A DNA stretch of 61,618 bases, the filler included. It is 6 parts of 6 records of this genome, joined end to end, with 100 filler letters (N's around TTAATTAATTAA, not from the genome) between each part and the next. Parts side by side here need not be neighbours in the genome. Positions count along the whole stretch, not along the records: positions 58,092 to 61,618 come from SRR20825010_7037; 5 more parts are not named here. The stretch is one strand, 5' to 3'. The first letter of the stretch is position 1. Each line of letters begins with the position of its first letter. Below, piece after piece: positions 61,487-61,618 of this stretch. Under the pieces are notes generated by a model. That model saw nothing but the letters and a program-made list of their open reading frames with translations, was not told the origin of the DNA and ran no database searches. The position numbers were made by a program, and so were the translations under genes.

Positions 61487-61545
61487 GGGGCTATGGATAA
61501 AAGTCTAGAGACCTCTCCGCGCGGGACCGGCGTGGGGCCTTTCTG
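61487..61545 (+). other. cos-like packaging site B
   Basis: GGGG..AAAAGTCT-N17-GGACCGGCGT directly upstream of a terS-like start, the usual cos position in HK97-like phages. Confidence 0.5.
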
Positions 61546-61588
61546 CGCATTTTCAGTGCCCCGGTTCAAATAAAAATTTGGAGTTCAT

Positions 61589-61618
61589 ATGAGACCGCCG
61601 AAACATTTGCGGCCGGCT
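61589..61618 (+). CDS. Probable terminase small subunit (P27-like), 5' fragment
   Basis: GGAG RBS; MRPPKHLRPA resembles the PP.HL start of P27-family TerS; only 10 codons visible. Confidence 0.5.
   Translation, partial: MRPPKHLRPA

Larger units (their letters stand above)
58092..61618 (+). mobile_element. Phage satellite (PICI-like) or reduced prophage, late/packaging region
   Basis: Co-oriented hypothetical genes, HK97 capsid with no adjacent portal or protease, cos-like sites, terS-like start; integrase and replication genes not in the window. Confidence 0.65.

Noticed and set aside
58092-61618. tmRNA gene as the source of the ANDN motifs
   Set aside because: The motifs lie inside RBS-led ORFs, far from stop codons, with varied codons; no tRNA-like domain was seen.

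Overview
The window is not one locus. It is six unrelated contigs joined by identical 100-nt artificial linkers (N...TTAATTAATTAA...N), probably from a marine metagenome or mixed assembly; taxon calls are inferred from gene content. (1) 1-5338, Rhodobacteraceae-like: Pha/Mrp cation/H+ antiporter operon. (2) 5439-8655, Rhodobacteraceae-like: sugar-acid catabolism (IlvD/Edd dehydratase, SDR) with a GntR/FadR-type operator. (3) 8756-12440, Marinobacter-like: tonB, an orphan sigma54-driven hcp, a HExxH protein and assimilatory nitrate reductase. (4) 12541-32577, alphaproteobacterial (Rhodospirillales-like): regulator/detox genes, dat, a MacAB-TolC-type pump, a hybrid kinase, and the ecfG-nepR-phyR stress locus with five perfect GGAAC-N16-CGTT promoters. 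(5) 32678-57991, Alcanivorax-like: acnA, a beta-helix/di-haem fusion lipoprotein next to an M19-like amidohydrolase lipoprotein, AraC-ferredoxin-CYP153 with no reductase, MarR/SIP and nrdB. (6) 58092-61618: a phage-satellite-like element with an HK97-type capsid gene, two cos-like sites and a probable terS start. The best candidate for an undescribed system is in contig 6: its proteins repeatedly carry the alphaproteobacterial tmRNA-tag motif ANDN, and two of them end in LAA. They look like genetically encoded SsrA-tag mimics that could engage host SspB/ClpXP. All calls are by eye; no database searches were run.
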